64,000 nt of DNA. It comes from Mytilus trossulus (taxonomy: Eukaryota). Under the pieces are notes generated by a model. The model was given only the letters and a program-made list of their open reading frames with translations. It was not told the origin of the DNA and did no database searches. The stretch lies in contig NC_086374.1 in assembly GCF_036588685.1 (NCBI RefSeq), positions 88,164,001 through 88,228,000 on the forward strand, read 5' to 3'. Positions 41,301 to 53,300 of this stretch are shown here, piece after piece. Position 1 is the first letter of the stretch. Every line of letters starts with the position of its first letter. Both the position numbers and the translations under genes were made by a program.

Positions 41301-44300
41301 CAGTAGTTACCTTCTCCTCTAGACGATGATTTATTATCATCAGTGGCGTAGCTTGCATGTATGGTCAGATGCTCAAGCATCCACATCATTTTGACAAACA
41401 AAATAAAAATAGCAGCAGTTTAACTCGGAAGTATCCAAATGTAACAAGACTGAGGATATGAGGACAACGTCCAGTCATTTTCGATGCAGTATGCCTGGTC
41501 TTTCATTTAGGATAATTTAGTTTATGTAAACAAGATAGTTGAATCACAGAAAAGTGTTTCAAGTTAACTTTTGTTCGTAAAAAAATTTCTACGTCATCGG
41601 CTAAGGCAAGAGGAGAGGAATGATACGCAGACCCGTGGACATGTTTCATCTGAAATTGGACCTAGTGGAGTGATGGCTTCTCGTTTGACTATAGCAACTA
41701 ACAACTAAAACAAAAATTTCAGCAAAAAATTAAACCTTTATTTTTTCATTACAAATTTTATTTATTACACTATTAGTTATTACTTTATGATATGGTACAA
41801 AAAGCAACCCCAAAAATCGATTAGGTTTAGCCCCAGATGACTTTTAAAATGTTTATATCATTGAAAAAGCTCCAAATTATCTCCCTTTGGTGCAAAAATG
41901 CCATTTTTTTTGCATTAAATTTGAAATATCTTTTTTAACTCATCGGTGACCTATTATTTTTATTAAATATTGTTTTCAAATAAGCTGTACATGAACGAAA
42001 TAATTGTAAAATTTAAGCGATTTCTGTAATTATGTTATTTTTTTTTTTTATTTCGATATTACCTCTATTTCTCCTATTAATTCAACAGAAAAAAAAGGAC
42101 ATTCACAAAAATGTATGCTTCTTCCGGAAACAGATTGTGAGCTAAAATGAACGGTGACCCCATTTTTTTATTTCATTTTTCTTTGAAGTATATGATTAAG
42201 TTTATTTATAAAAAGATATACCGAAATCCTATATTAGAAACAAAAATTGATTTATACCCAGGAGCCCCCTTAAGAGAAATAAAAGCTTCACACCAAATGA
42301 AATGGGGATTTCCGTCACAATTTATATTTCAAAGGGTCATAACTGGTTAAAATTATTTGATTACGACTTATTTTCCAAATTGTCAAAGCTTATTGCTTAT
42401 GGTATAAGTTTCACTTAATCTTACAAGAATTGTACACATAAGAGTGCTAACAAGACCGAACGATCGGACGCCCGGTATTTTTATGTCTCCTGCAACGCGT
42501 TTAGCTCAGTAATCAAAAATCAAAAACCCAAAATTGTAGACTCAAATTCCTGGAAAGAGAAGTCACTTCAGTTCTTATGATCCGAAGTTCCTAAATTATA
42601 CAGAAGTGCCGCTGTAATGGGGTCCGTTTTTGATATATGTCAAATATAAGATTGGATGGGAAACCTTACATCAAATATTTATGAATTGAATGATGGTAGT
42701 TTCGAGGAAACAATAAAAAATATAAATATATGAATTGGTGGGTATTTTGAATTTAAACAAAAGTCTAACTAGTGTCGGAATCTGGGAGAGTACATGTGCT
42801 TAAATAAAAAAAAAAGTTTCTGCATAAAAAGGTCCAATTTTTTTTTCGCCTCGCTCCGCTTGGCGAAACATCCACATCATTTTAACCCTGGCTACGCCAC
42901 TGATCATACATAAAAAGACTAACAGGAAAAACAAAAAATACTTTCCTGGACATCAGACCCGTCAAACACCCCCTAGCGGAGTATTGAAAATATAAAAGAG
43001 AAGTTGTTGTATATTTGCTAATGAGACAGCTCTTCACAAGAGACCAAACGGAACAAAAATTAACAACGGTAAGCTTACTATGAGTTATGTTATTATGCTC
43101 ACCATTCCAGATTGTGTTACAGTGTTCTCCTGATGTAAAACAACAGCCTCTGTTGTTATATGGCCCTCGAGAGCCTCTTTGATTTGGTCAGCAGTACAAT
43201 TAACGGGCCATTTAGGATCCTTCTTCTTGTACCAGTTGTCTGGGTACCAACCAATTATAATCCAAACATATTTTTTACCATATAATTTTTCTTTGTATGC
43301 CTGAAACAAACCCATGAGGAATACTGTTGATGTATCAACATCAACTTAATCAAAACAACATGCACCTTTTTTTAATTGTGTTCTACATATTTCATATAAG
43401 CTATTAAAACAGAATAATTGTGGGTTCCATATCTTATCCTCGTTTGCAATTACTACTTTATACAGTACAAATGCAAATTGATTTAGTTTAATATTACATA
43501 ACAAGATAGTCTAATTTCAAAATTAATGATTTTATAGAGATGCAAAGTTGACAAAATACATTGACGAACAACAAAACCTCTAATACGTACAATTCAAAAA
43601 TTTCTAAGTTTTTTGTAACGTTGTCGTCTCGAAAAGAATTTTATGGTGTACCATACCTGACAAAACACTTTTCTTGCCATATTTTCATAGAATACTCCAA
43701 TAATAATTCTTGCATCTTGACGCTAAAAAAAGTTGTTATTTTTTTTAAACATTGGAAAAGTATGTTTATATGTATACAATATATTCATTAAACATGAACT
43801 AAGTAATAGATATGTATATAATAATAGAATACATTTCAACTATGTAATTTTTGTGACTATATAAACTGGTTCGTCCCATTATCACAAATGTTTGTGTTGC
43901 TCAGTCTTTAGTTTTCTGATAAAATTGATTTACAAATGATTCAATTATCAAACAGAGATCAATTGATGTGTATGATCATCTTAAGACCTTCAACAATGAG
44001 CAAAACTCTGAACATAAGATCAGCTATAAAAAGCCCTGTCAAGAAAATATTAAACTATAAACGGGAAAAACAGTTTGTCTGTTTTATGGTTATAATATTA
44101 TCCGTCTTTTGTCGACTAATTGTTTCGATTTCCCCTTTGATACCCCCTACAATAGTTACAATTCGAGTTGTCTAATGGTTAAGTACACTTTCTTCATAAA
44201 AATCCAACCAGTCTATTTGTTTTCATGAACAAGGTTATTAATAAAATAAGTAACGCAAAAGACAAAATCTAGATTTAAAAAAAATATTGTGTATCAAAGA

Positions 44301-47300
44301 AGAAACAATAATACACGTGTCCCTAGTCGAATAAAAAATGTCAAAGATATATTTTGCTGGGAACAAATATACTTTGATTTCTATGAGCACTTTGAAGTAA
44401 TGCCTATTTACCACCATATTCCAAATCATCATCTATTTCCCTACGTATTTGTCAATTTAGCCATACGCTCCTCAACAAATATTCTTGGTTTCGATAAAAA
44501 TAAGAAGTAATGGAATGAAATAAAACTGCATGTTTGCGCAAAAAATATATAGTACAATAAAATTGAGAATGGAAATTGGGAATGTGTCAAAGAGACAACA
44601 ACCCGACAAAAATAAAAAAAAACACAACAGCAGAAGGTCACCAACAGGTCTTCAATGTAGCGAGAAATTCCCGCATCCGGAGGCGTCCTTCAGCTGGCCC
44701 CTAAACAAATATATACTAGTTCAGTGATAATGAACGCCATACTAATTTCCAAATTGTACACAAGAAACTAAAATTTAAATAATACAAGACTAACAAAGGC
44801 CAGAGGCTCCTGACTTGGGACAGGCGCAAAAATGCGGCGGGGTTAAACATGTTTGTGAGATCTCAACCCTCCCCCTATACCTCTAACCAGTGTAGAAAAG
44901 TAAAAGCATAACAATACGCACATTAAAATTCAGTTCAAGAGAAGTCCGAGTCTGATGTCAGAAGATGTAACCAAAGAAAATAAACAAAATGACAATAATA
45001 CATAAATAACAAGAGACTACTAGCAGTTAACTGACATGCCAGCTCCAGACTTCAATTAAACTGACTGAAAGATTATGATTTCATCATATGAACATCAGGC
45101 ACAATCCTTCCCGTAAGGGGTTTAGTATCATACCATCATAAAATATATGAGAAGAACATAACCCGTGTCATGCCAACAACTGTTTTTAGAATAAATGTGT
45201 TTAGTTCCGACGCAAAGACCTTATCAGTGACTCAATATTAACGCCAAAATATGCAATCTTTAATGACTTGACAACAGTATCGTAATTATATCCCTTCTTA
45301 ATAAGTCTATTCAAAGGTTTTGTAAGTTTATGAGGTGAATACTGACACCTTTGTGCTTTATAAAGAATATTTCCATAAAAAAATGGATGTGAAATACCTG
45401 AACGTATAAAAAGTCTGCATGTTGAGCTATATTTACGAATGATGTCTTTATACCGATGATACAATTTAGTAAATGTTTTGACTAGTTTGTGATATCGAAA
45501 ACCCTGGTGTAATAATTTTTCAGTAATACATAAATTTCTTTCGTTAAAATCTAAAACATTGTTACATACACGAGCGAATCGTACAAGTTGAGATATATAA
45601 ACACCGTAAGATGGTGACAAGGGAACGTCACCATCTAAAAACGGATAATTAACGATAGGAAATGAAAAATCATCCCTTTTATCATAAATTTTAGTATTCA
45701 GCTTTCCGTTAGTGATATAGATATCAAGATCGAGGAAAGGGCAGTGGTCATTGTTAGTATTAGCTTTATTTAAAGTAAGTTCACCAGGATAAATTTCATT
45801 AATATACATACTGAAGTCGTCATTATTGAGAGCCAAAATATCATCCAAATATCTAAAAGTATTATTAAATTTGTTTATCAGATGTTGTTTTGATGGGTCT
45901 TTGCTTATTTTTGTCATAAATTGTAACTCGTAACAATACAAAAAGAGGTCCGCAATAAGTGGTGCACAGTTAGTCCCCATTGGAATTCCGATAATCTGAC
46001 GATATACGGAATCCCCAAAGCGAACAAAAATGTTATCTAGTAAAAATTCAAGGGCATATATAGTATCAAAGCATGTCCAATTAACATAGTTTTTTTGTTT
46101 ATTGCTACTAAAAAATGACCTAAAAGAGTTTGAACATATATATTCACATTCTGACTACTTACTTTTAAATTTCGTACGGCATTCGTTGGGTCAGTAAGGA
46201 AGTTTTGTCTAACAGAGACCTCTATACCAGCTTTTTTAACCCTTTCCTCCAAATCTTCTACTGTCTGAAATATCGAAGCATTTTACCATATAATGCCAAA
46301 TAAGTGAATATTTCTTTTTATCATTTCTTGTATTTTATTTAATTTTATTCTCAATATAATAATTACAGAAATAAAGGCAAGAGTAGTATATATCCCTGTT
46401 CAAAAGTCATAAATCGATTGAGAGAAAACAAACCCGGGGTAAACTCAAACCGAGGGATACACAACAATTATATAAAAAAAACCATCATCAACTGAAACAT
46501 TGAACTGCAACAAACAAACAAAAACGCCAATAAACATTGAAACGGACAATTGTTACAACTGTCAGAAAAGTGACCCAACAGTTATCAGTATTCCATAAGT
46601 GACTACAGAATTAGAATAAAACTTAATATAAAAAGAGAAAATGTGGTATGATTGCAAATGAGACAGCTCTCAACAAGAGACCAAAATGACACACAAATTA
46701 AGCATGTTTATGAAACGAACCAGATCAATCCTTTGTGTTTCGTGTCAATTTATCAATTTATTTAAAACAAAAACTATAATTTCGTAACTAAATATTCAGC
46801 AACCAAAAAAATGTTATTGTCTTTCAATCGTTTTCCGTTTTTCACCATAGTGCTCTCAGTTTGTTTTAGACTTGTAAGTTTGTACGTCTCCTTGATATCT
46901 TCTGCCTATCTATTTGTATCAATTTCACTTATGTACACTAGTATAATGAAACTTGCCGCTATTGAACTAAATTACTTACTTTTCTTAATTGAATGCATAT
47001 TTATATAAGTTCACTCTGTAGTACTGAATGTTATCAAAATAGAAATTATAGCTTCAATGCAAGAGCATCTATTAAAGTGCTGACAGTCTAATCATTTACC
47101 AATGCGTTTATTTACAAGGTGATGCGAGGTCTTATCCATAAATGGATTGTAAAATGGGTACTGTAATCCAACAAGAGTAAAAACAACATCTTTGTATTGC
47201 AAACATTCTGAATAGTAATGACAATTAAGACCTCGGACATCACCCTCACCATTAGGACACTACAATGTAGTACAATTGAACTTTCCTTACAAAGATGATA

Positions 47301-50300
47301 TAATATGTAAATGCACTTTCCATCTAGATTTTATTTCTTACTTACAATGTTACAGTGGAGGAAACTAATAATACAAATACCATTTCTCGATCACGTCACT
47401 CATACGTCAATTTTAAAGATTGCAGTGAGTGACAATGGTCACATTTATACCATTAAGATAATTTTATATTGCTATTTTTGTGTATCTGTATTTTATCTTA
47501 ACGGTATTTATGGGAATATTGAGTTCAAAACATGAAATCTAATTTCACAGCGCTATTCTTATAAAACAGAGTACTGCTGATTTATTGTTTGTAAATGATA
47601 ATAAAAGAAAAAAGGATCAGATGAATATTTCGACAATTAATATTGTTTTCAAATATGCCAAAAGGCAAAATTATTTGAAAACCTAATACAACCATTATGA
47701 GGACCATTGAACCAAAGGACTAAGAGTATAAACGAACCTACAGTGTATATTTGATATTTAAAAAAAAATGAGTTCTATAACCATCATACAACATGTCGGA
47801 TAACTTTACTAGTTTGTTTCCCGCTATTCAAAGTGTAATGTAAATAGAATTATAGTTATAAGTACAAGGTTTTAAGGATGATGCTAATATATAACTAAAA
47901 TGTTATTGTTGTGGACTTAGAAACATTGAAAGGTTTTAAAGCGCACATGCCATGGTAAAGCATGGACACTTGCAGAGCTGTTGTGAACCTTCAATGAAGG
48001 TATAATTTCTTAATTTTTGTTTTAAATAGTTATTGATGTTCTAGATATATGCTTTTTAAATAACAGTTATCACAACAATTTAACTGAAGATTTCATGAAT
48101 AGGGTTAATCATGAGTTAGTGATGAAAGCCATGAAGTAGTTAAATGCAAGTATTATAAAATACTGTAATATTTAGATTAAACTTAAGGAATGTTTTGAAT
48201 GACAAAAGGTGTCATTAATTGGTTTTCTGTATTGCTGGCAGGTAAATTCTTCTGATCAATTTGAAAGTTCAGTTCAATGACCAAATTCCAAATTTACAAT
48301 TGAGTCTATGGTTAATTTGAATCCTGTTGTGGCCAAGTGAGGAACATTAACATACATTTACCTTGATTTATTAAGGTATATATAAGTTACTGGAACTCTG
48401 ATTTTAAATTCTCGTCATGTCCTTCTATTTATATTTTAAAGGTTCATCATTGCATCAATGGAAATTTATTTTCGTTTAAATTGCTACGGAAAACTAGAGT
48501 GTGATTCTGCTGCCTCGATAAGAAAACGGGACATGTTATGAGTTGTCCTTTGATAAATTGTACTGTTATCTAGAAACTAACTCTACCGTTGTTGGGATAC
48601 TTTGTATATTTTAATAAAAAACTATAGATAGAAATAAATGTTCTAACATACAAGCACATTTCTATTTGTTCATTTAAAAACAAACATTTTATATTACTAT
48701 TTTATCTGTGTAACGGTGTGCTCATTTATTGATTACATGGTCCGAGACCACAATTGTCGTCCCTTGATTTTCGTTGTTCAGTCCCTAGTGTTAACAGTGG
48801 GTTACTTGCCATTAATTTTTATACTCCTTCCAAATTTATTTCTCCATGTTTAATGCCTCAAATTGTAAGTAGGGGGTGAAATTACACTGTAAACAAATTT
48901 GGGTCCAGAATTTTAAAGGAAAGTAGTGATTTGGTCCAGGTGAAAAAAAGGTGGCGAAATAGCACTTCGGAAGCTGTCAAAAGATTTCAAGACGCCCTAA
49001 AGATAAAATTGTCCATATTTTGAGTTAGAGACGATGAAGTTTTCTATAATTTTGATATAATTTGTCCCAAAAGTAGTACAACACACTGTGAAAATTTCAT
49101 TGAGAAAGCGCAGATGGGATTTTTTTAATTTTCATTTATGTTCTAAAAGAAATGCACTACGAATTAATTGTGTTCTCGGACCACATGTCAAAATCGACCT
49201 CTGACGAAGTGATTATAAATTATGATAACTCTTGACAAATTTAATCGGTTATCAACAGGGAATGGATAGCTATTAACCTACAAGATGTATATACAAAAAG
49301 CCTTTAACTGACAGATAATCAAATACAGTGAAATTAATGGGTACGATCGCATTTTTTTCTCCATGATCATGACTTTGGTACAATTTCCTGAGTGTGATAT
49401 CAATACTCTTTGTCGATACAACATCTGTACGAAATAGAGAATATCGTATATCCCGTGGTTAGGGCTTCGGCAAACTATCTGAGATTGTCATCTCCAAAAC
49501 CATTATTGGGATACACTGCAAAATCTCTAGAGTGACAGCTGTTCCTTGGGCCAGACTTCAATACACGTTCTGATGGTATCACCAACCATGAGTTCGAGTC
49601 ATATTACTGCATGCATTTTGTGATTTTTAAAACTATAAATCCTTCACATACAGTTTCACGGTTTTATACCGTTTGTTATTGGTCTGAATGTAATCTTAGT
49701 TATATAAAGATGTAGTATGAGTAACCATGAGACAACTCTCCAACAAATTCACATTAAGTAAAAGGTAACCCATTTTAGGTCAAAGTGCGGCCTGCAACAC
49801 GGAGCCTTGGCTCACACTAAACAGCAAGATATAAAGGGCTCCCAAAATGACTAATGTTAAGGTAGCAATACACAGTTAGGAGTTTAGTTTCACATTTTGG
49901 CCCCTGTGGATTCTTCAAATAGGAAAGTTATTGTGTAATAAAATTAATTTTTAGACAACTGAATGCTAATTTAGACTTCAAAGATGGTTTATAAGAGCAT
50001 CAAGATTATTTTTTACATGTTTTATGGGCTGTTTTCGGTTGGACAATCCGTATTTTCATAGCTAGACCGAAAACGCTCCAGAAATTAATGTAATGTTTAC
50101 AAACACTTTTTTTCTACACGAAGTTTTTGACGCAATTTTACAAAAAAATGAGATGAAAGACATATGATTTTCATTGGATTTGCTGGATGATATATGTACA
50201 CAGTTTCAGAAAAGGTATTACTTCAAGCGATTGAAATTCTAATTTTTAATCTTTTCCCCCCTTTTTGCAATATTTTATAACAAATAAATGCAGATTGTTG

Positions 50301-53300
50301 CCATGGATACACCCAAAAGAAATTATATTTATAATTATATGAAATCTATGGAAGATTCTGATTACATACATATGCCCATATATGACACAAACAGTAAGCT
50401 TGATATTACAAGAAAGCAATGAAAAGGGGATGGTAAAATTTATAAGGGCAAATTTTAATATTTTTTCCTAACTGTTTATTGCTACATAACCTTTCAAACA
50501 GGAAAACCAACGGTCCAGTCTATCTCAAAATCGAGAAACACTTATGAACCCCAGCAACGAACTATAACCACTGAACAACAGGTTTCTGGCATATGGCCGG
50601 TGCAACCAAATGCAGCAAGTTTGAACATTTTAACAGGCTCCAACCCTTCGCCCTAACCTGACGTAATGGTTTTACATCGCAATATAGAAAGACACACTAT
50701 AGAATATCAATTGAAATGGCTTTAGTCAATCATAAACACTTGTGAATCACAACAACAAAGGTTCACCACTGAACATCAATTTCCTGCCATAGGAGAGGTA
50801 CACACAAATGCAGAGGGTATAAAAGTGTTAACAGGCTCCAAACGTAACCCTAATCTGACGTAGTGGTGTTACATCACAATATAGAAAAACACACTATAGA
50901 ATATAAATTGGAAGGGCTTTATTCAATCAAAAACACTTATGAATCCCATTAACAAATAACAACCACTGAACATCAGTTTCCTGCCATAGGCCAGATGGAA
51001 ATCAATGTTCTCTTACCATATTTCCCGATAATGATAAATTCAGGGATTCAACCAACCTAGTCCTAGTTTCATGCGTCGTAAGGTGAACTTAATTAGAGAC
51101 AGCTGTAGTTGTTCAAATAAATGTAATCAACTAAGAACATACTAAATCAAGATAACAACACAACAAGGTATAAACTCGCAAAGGAACAGACCGGTTCGTG
51201 GACAAAGTCTTTTATAATTAAAGTAATTGACTTAGTTGTTAGTATGGAAGGGATGACTGATATTATATCAAAACAGTTCAGGTACTTTGATCTAACATTT
51301 TTTTTCATATTTCGTAAATCAATTAAGAAAAGACAAATTAAGTTACAAATAAGAACAGAGCAATCGCATGAACTCCAAAAGGAGCAAGACCACGTGCTTT
51401 GCCATGATAAGCGTCTTCTACTATGCAGGCATCATCGGCATCGGTCTTTAATCATATTAGACCGCGAAGTCTTGTCGTTAGAGAGTTGAGACATCGGTCA
51501 ATACAGAACAGTATAAAAACGCGAGTGTCTCCTGTTTAAAACACCAAAACTATTCTTGAAGCAATAAATTTCATGTCATTGACCAAAAGGTTTTATATAA
51601 TCAATTATAAAAAAAAATCAAAAAGTCAAGGAATATGTATATATACATTTCCTGTTTCTAAACAATCTGTTTATCAGTCAAAGATAGTTATCTGGAGAAT
51701 GTGGGTACATATAAGAGCCGTGGTGTAGTGGTTAGTGCATCGGACTACTAACACAAAGGTCCCTGGTTCAATTCCCGTTATGGACTGAATTTTCGGCTCT
51801 CCCTTGACACCATTTGCGAGTATGGTCTTGAGGAAACGATGATAGTCCGTCGGAAGGTGACGATAAATGACTGACCCGTGTTAAGAGAGATTCATATCTC
51901 TTGCACGTTAAAGACACCCTTGTAGATTTCGAAAAAGAGCAGGCTAATGCCGCTACAAGACAGCACTCGCACCTGCAAAGTGGAAAGGGATTAATGTAAG
52001 TTGCAAAACTTGTTTCCCAATCCACTATAAATAAATCTGGAATACGATACAGTAGCAGGGGCAGATAATAACGTTTTCAAAACTTTTCGTGTTGTTTTCG
52101 CGACGTTGGTAACCAGAACGTTGTAATTTCGCGATGTTTCTAATAAGAACGTTAACATTTCGCGACGTCGCTTTAAAAGAAGTCATATTTCGCGGAATGT
52201 TCACTGACGTCATTAATTTCGGTTGCGCGAATTTCAAAAAAGTACCTGCTAAAAAAGTGGCCATGCCGTTTCTAAAAGACGGAGAAATCCGCCGAACAGC
52301 AGTGAGACTAAAGGAAATACTTGAGATGTACAAACATAAATCAAATACAATTTTGCATGACAAAATTGAAGAAATGGTGATAGACACAGAAGAGAGTACT
52401 GACAGTATAACATGAAAAGACGAAAGAATTGTGGAGCTTTTTAGTCTGGCACTGAATAACTGCCAAAACTGCACTTCCCAGTGGAATCTGCTCAACGTAG
52501 AGAAAGAAAAATTACAAGGAATTGGGGTCTATCTTACTATTCGTTGCTTGAACTGTAACATGCTGAAAAACATTTTACCAATAACACAATTCGGAACAAA
52601 ACGACCTGCAATAGCTAATTATGAGTATTGGTAGCTGCTTAATGTCCAGCGGCAAATATACATCCAAATGTTATTTTAATGAAACTTAAAGAAATGAGAA
52701 AACGTATGAACCCGTGATTAATGAGAAAAAATTAACAAAATCTATGGCGCGTAGACATGGTGGCTGAATCGGGTCTGGTATTAAAATCCATACACATAAG
52801 TCATTACTACGGCGTGTTGTAGAGCTGTGCAATATTTTTCATGACGAGCAGAGTTATTTTTATCAATTGATAATGAATTTCGAAGTAAATAATACTATCT
52901 TGAATTGAAAAACATCAGAATCAAAATAGTTAAGTTTGTGTCTTTTTTTTTCTTTTCTTGTTTAGCATTTGGAAGCCTCCAAATTTTACGGAGAATTGTC
53001 ATTGTAAGGTCAAAAACAGACTATCAATGAAATAACAAAACCGACTGCATGTGCGAGACCCTCATTGGTGGACAAGGTCGTATAACACACATATTGGTAA
53101 ATAAAAAAATAACTAAAGAGAGTGTATCATCCTGTTCTGGACTTGAAATTGGTACATAAAAAAGAAATGCCGATATAAATTCATATTTTAAAAACATAGT
53201 ATTGTATGTGTACGTAGAAAAACTGTCATTAAAAGTCCGTTAAAAAGATTTCAAAAAAATATATTGGTGTCGTTTTTGGTTTGAATTTAAGCAAAATATT

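Larger units (their letters stand above)
44556..46155 (-). mobile_element. 5'-truncated Penelope-like retroelement (probably Naiad-type, no C-terminal GIY-YIG)
   Basis: RT frame followed by ~645-nt 3' UTR containing SECIS and twister-like fold; possible 3-bp TSD GTA(-). Confidence 0.85.

Noticed and set aside
51715-51790. Possible tRNA gene
   Set aside because: A and B boxes are present but the acceptor stem does not close and it runs into a SINE body and tail.
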